From Mesotaenium endlicherianum (taxonomy: Eukaryota), in NCBI GenBank assembly GCA_009602735.1, contig WELA01003365.1, forward strand, positions 317,768-337,767: a stretch of 20,000 nt of DNA, read 5' to 3'. Positions 19,979 to 20,000 of the stretch are shown here, one piece after another. Within the stretch, counting starts at the first letter, position 1; each line of letters opens with the position of its first letter. The notes beneath the pieces are model-generated. The model saw nothing but the letters and a program-made list of their open reading frames with translations, ran no database searches and had not been told where the DNA came from. The translations under genes and the position numbers were made by a program.

Positions 19979-20000
19979 CTGCCATCTCTCTCCCCCCCCC

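Noticed and set aside
12025..19985. Many long overlapping or antisense ORFs (e.g. 17292-18209 +, 12790-13392 +, 19350-19985 -)
   Set aside because: They are shadows of GC3-rich TRA1 exons and low-complexity introns, with no recognisable domains.
208..20000. The four genes as one functional cluster
   Set aside because: Their inferred functions (lectin-like, ERAD, RNA tailing, chromatin) are unrelated. Adjacency in a compact eukaryotic genome is not evidence of a system.

Overview
Eukaryotic, intron-rich genomic DNA, probably from a streptophyte green alga. This is inferred from the plant-like TRA1 and HESO1 sequences, GC3-rich exons and microsatellite-rich introns. Four loci were reconstructed by hand. 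(1) 208-857 (+): a frameshifted gene for a fascin-like beta-trefoil repeat plus a hydrophobic Gly/Ala-rich tail, in an AT-rich block. (2) 2505-4104 (-): a 3-exon SELENOS/VIMP-like membrane protein with no Sec, whose coiled-coil + SHP-like module is duplicated as two exons. (3) 5324-10505 (+): a 9-exon HESO1-like terminal nucleotidyltransferase with a GC-AG intron and a Tyr/Gly/Ser/Gln/Asn-rich C-terminal tail. (4) 11793->19978 (-): the last 11 exons of TRA1/TRRAP, with a polyQ low-complexity insert. The most unusual signal is non-coding: many introns have C-rich tracts just after the donor and G/GT-rich tracts, rather than a polypyrimidine tract, just before the acceptor. I see no CRISPR array, RNA gene, intact mobile element or convincing multi-gene novel system. 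All family calls come from motif recall, not database searches.
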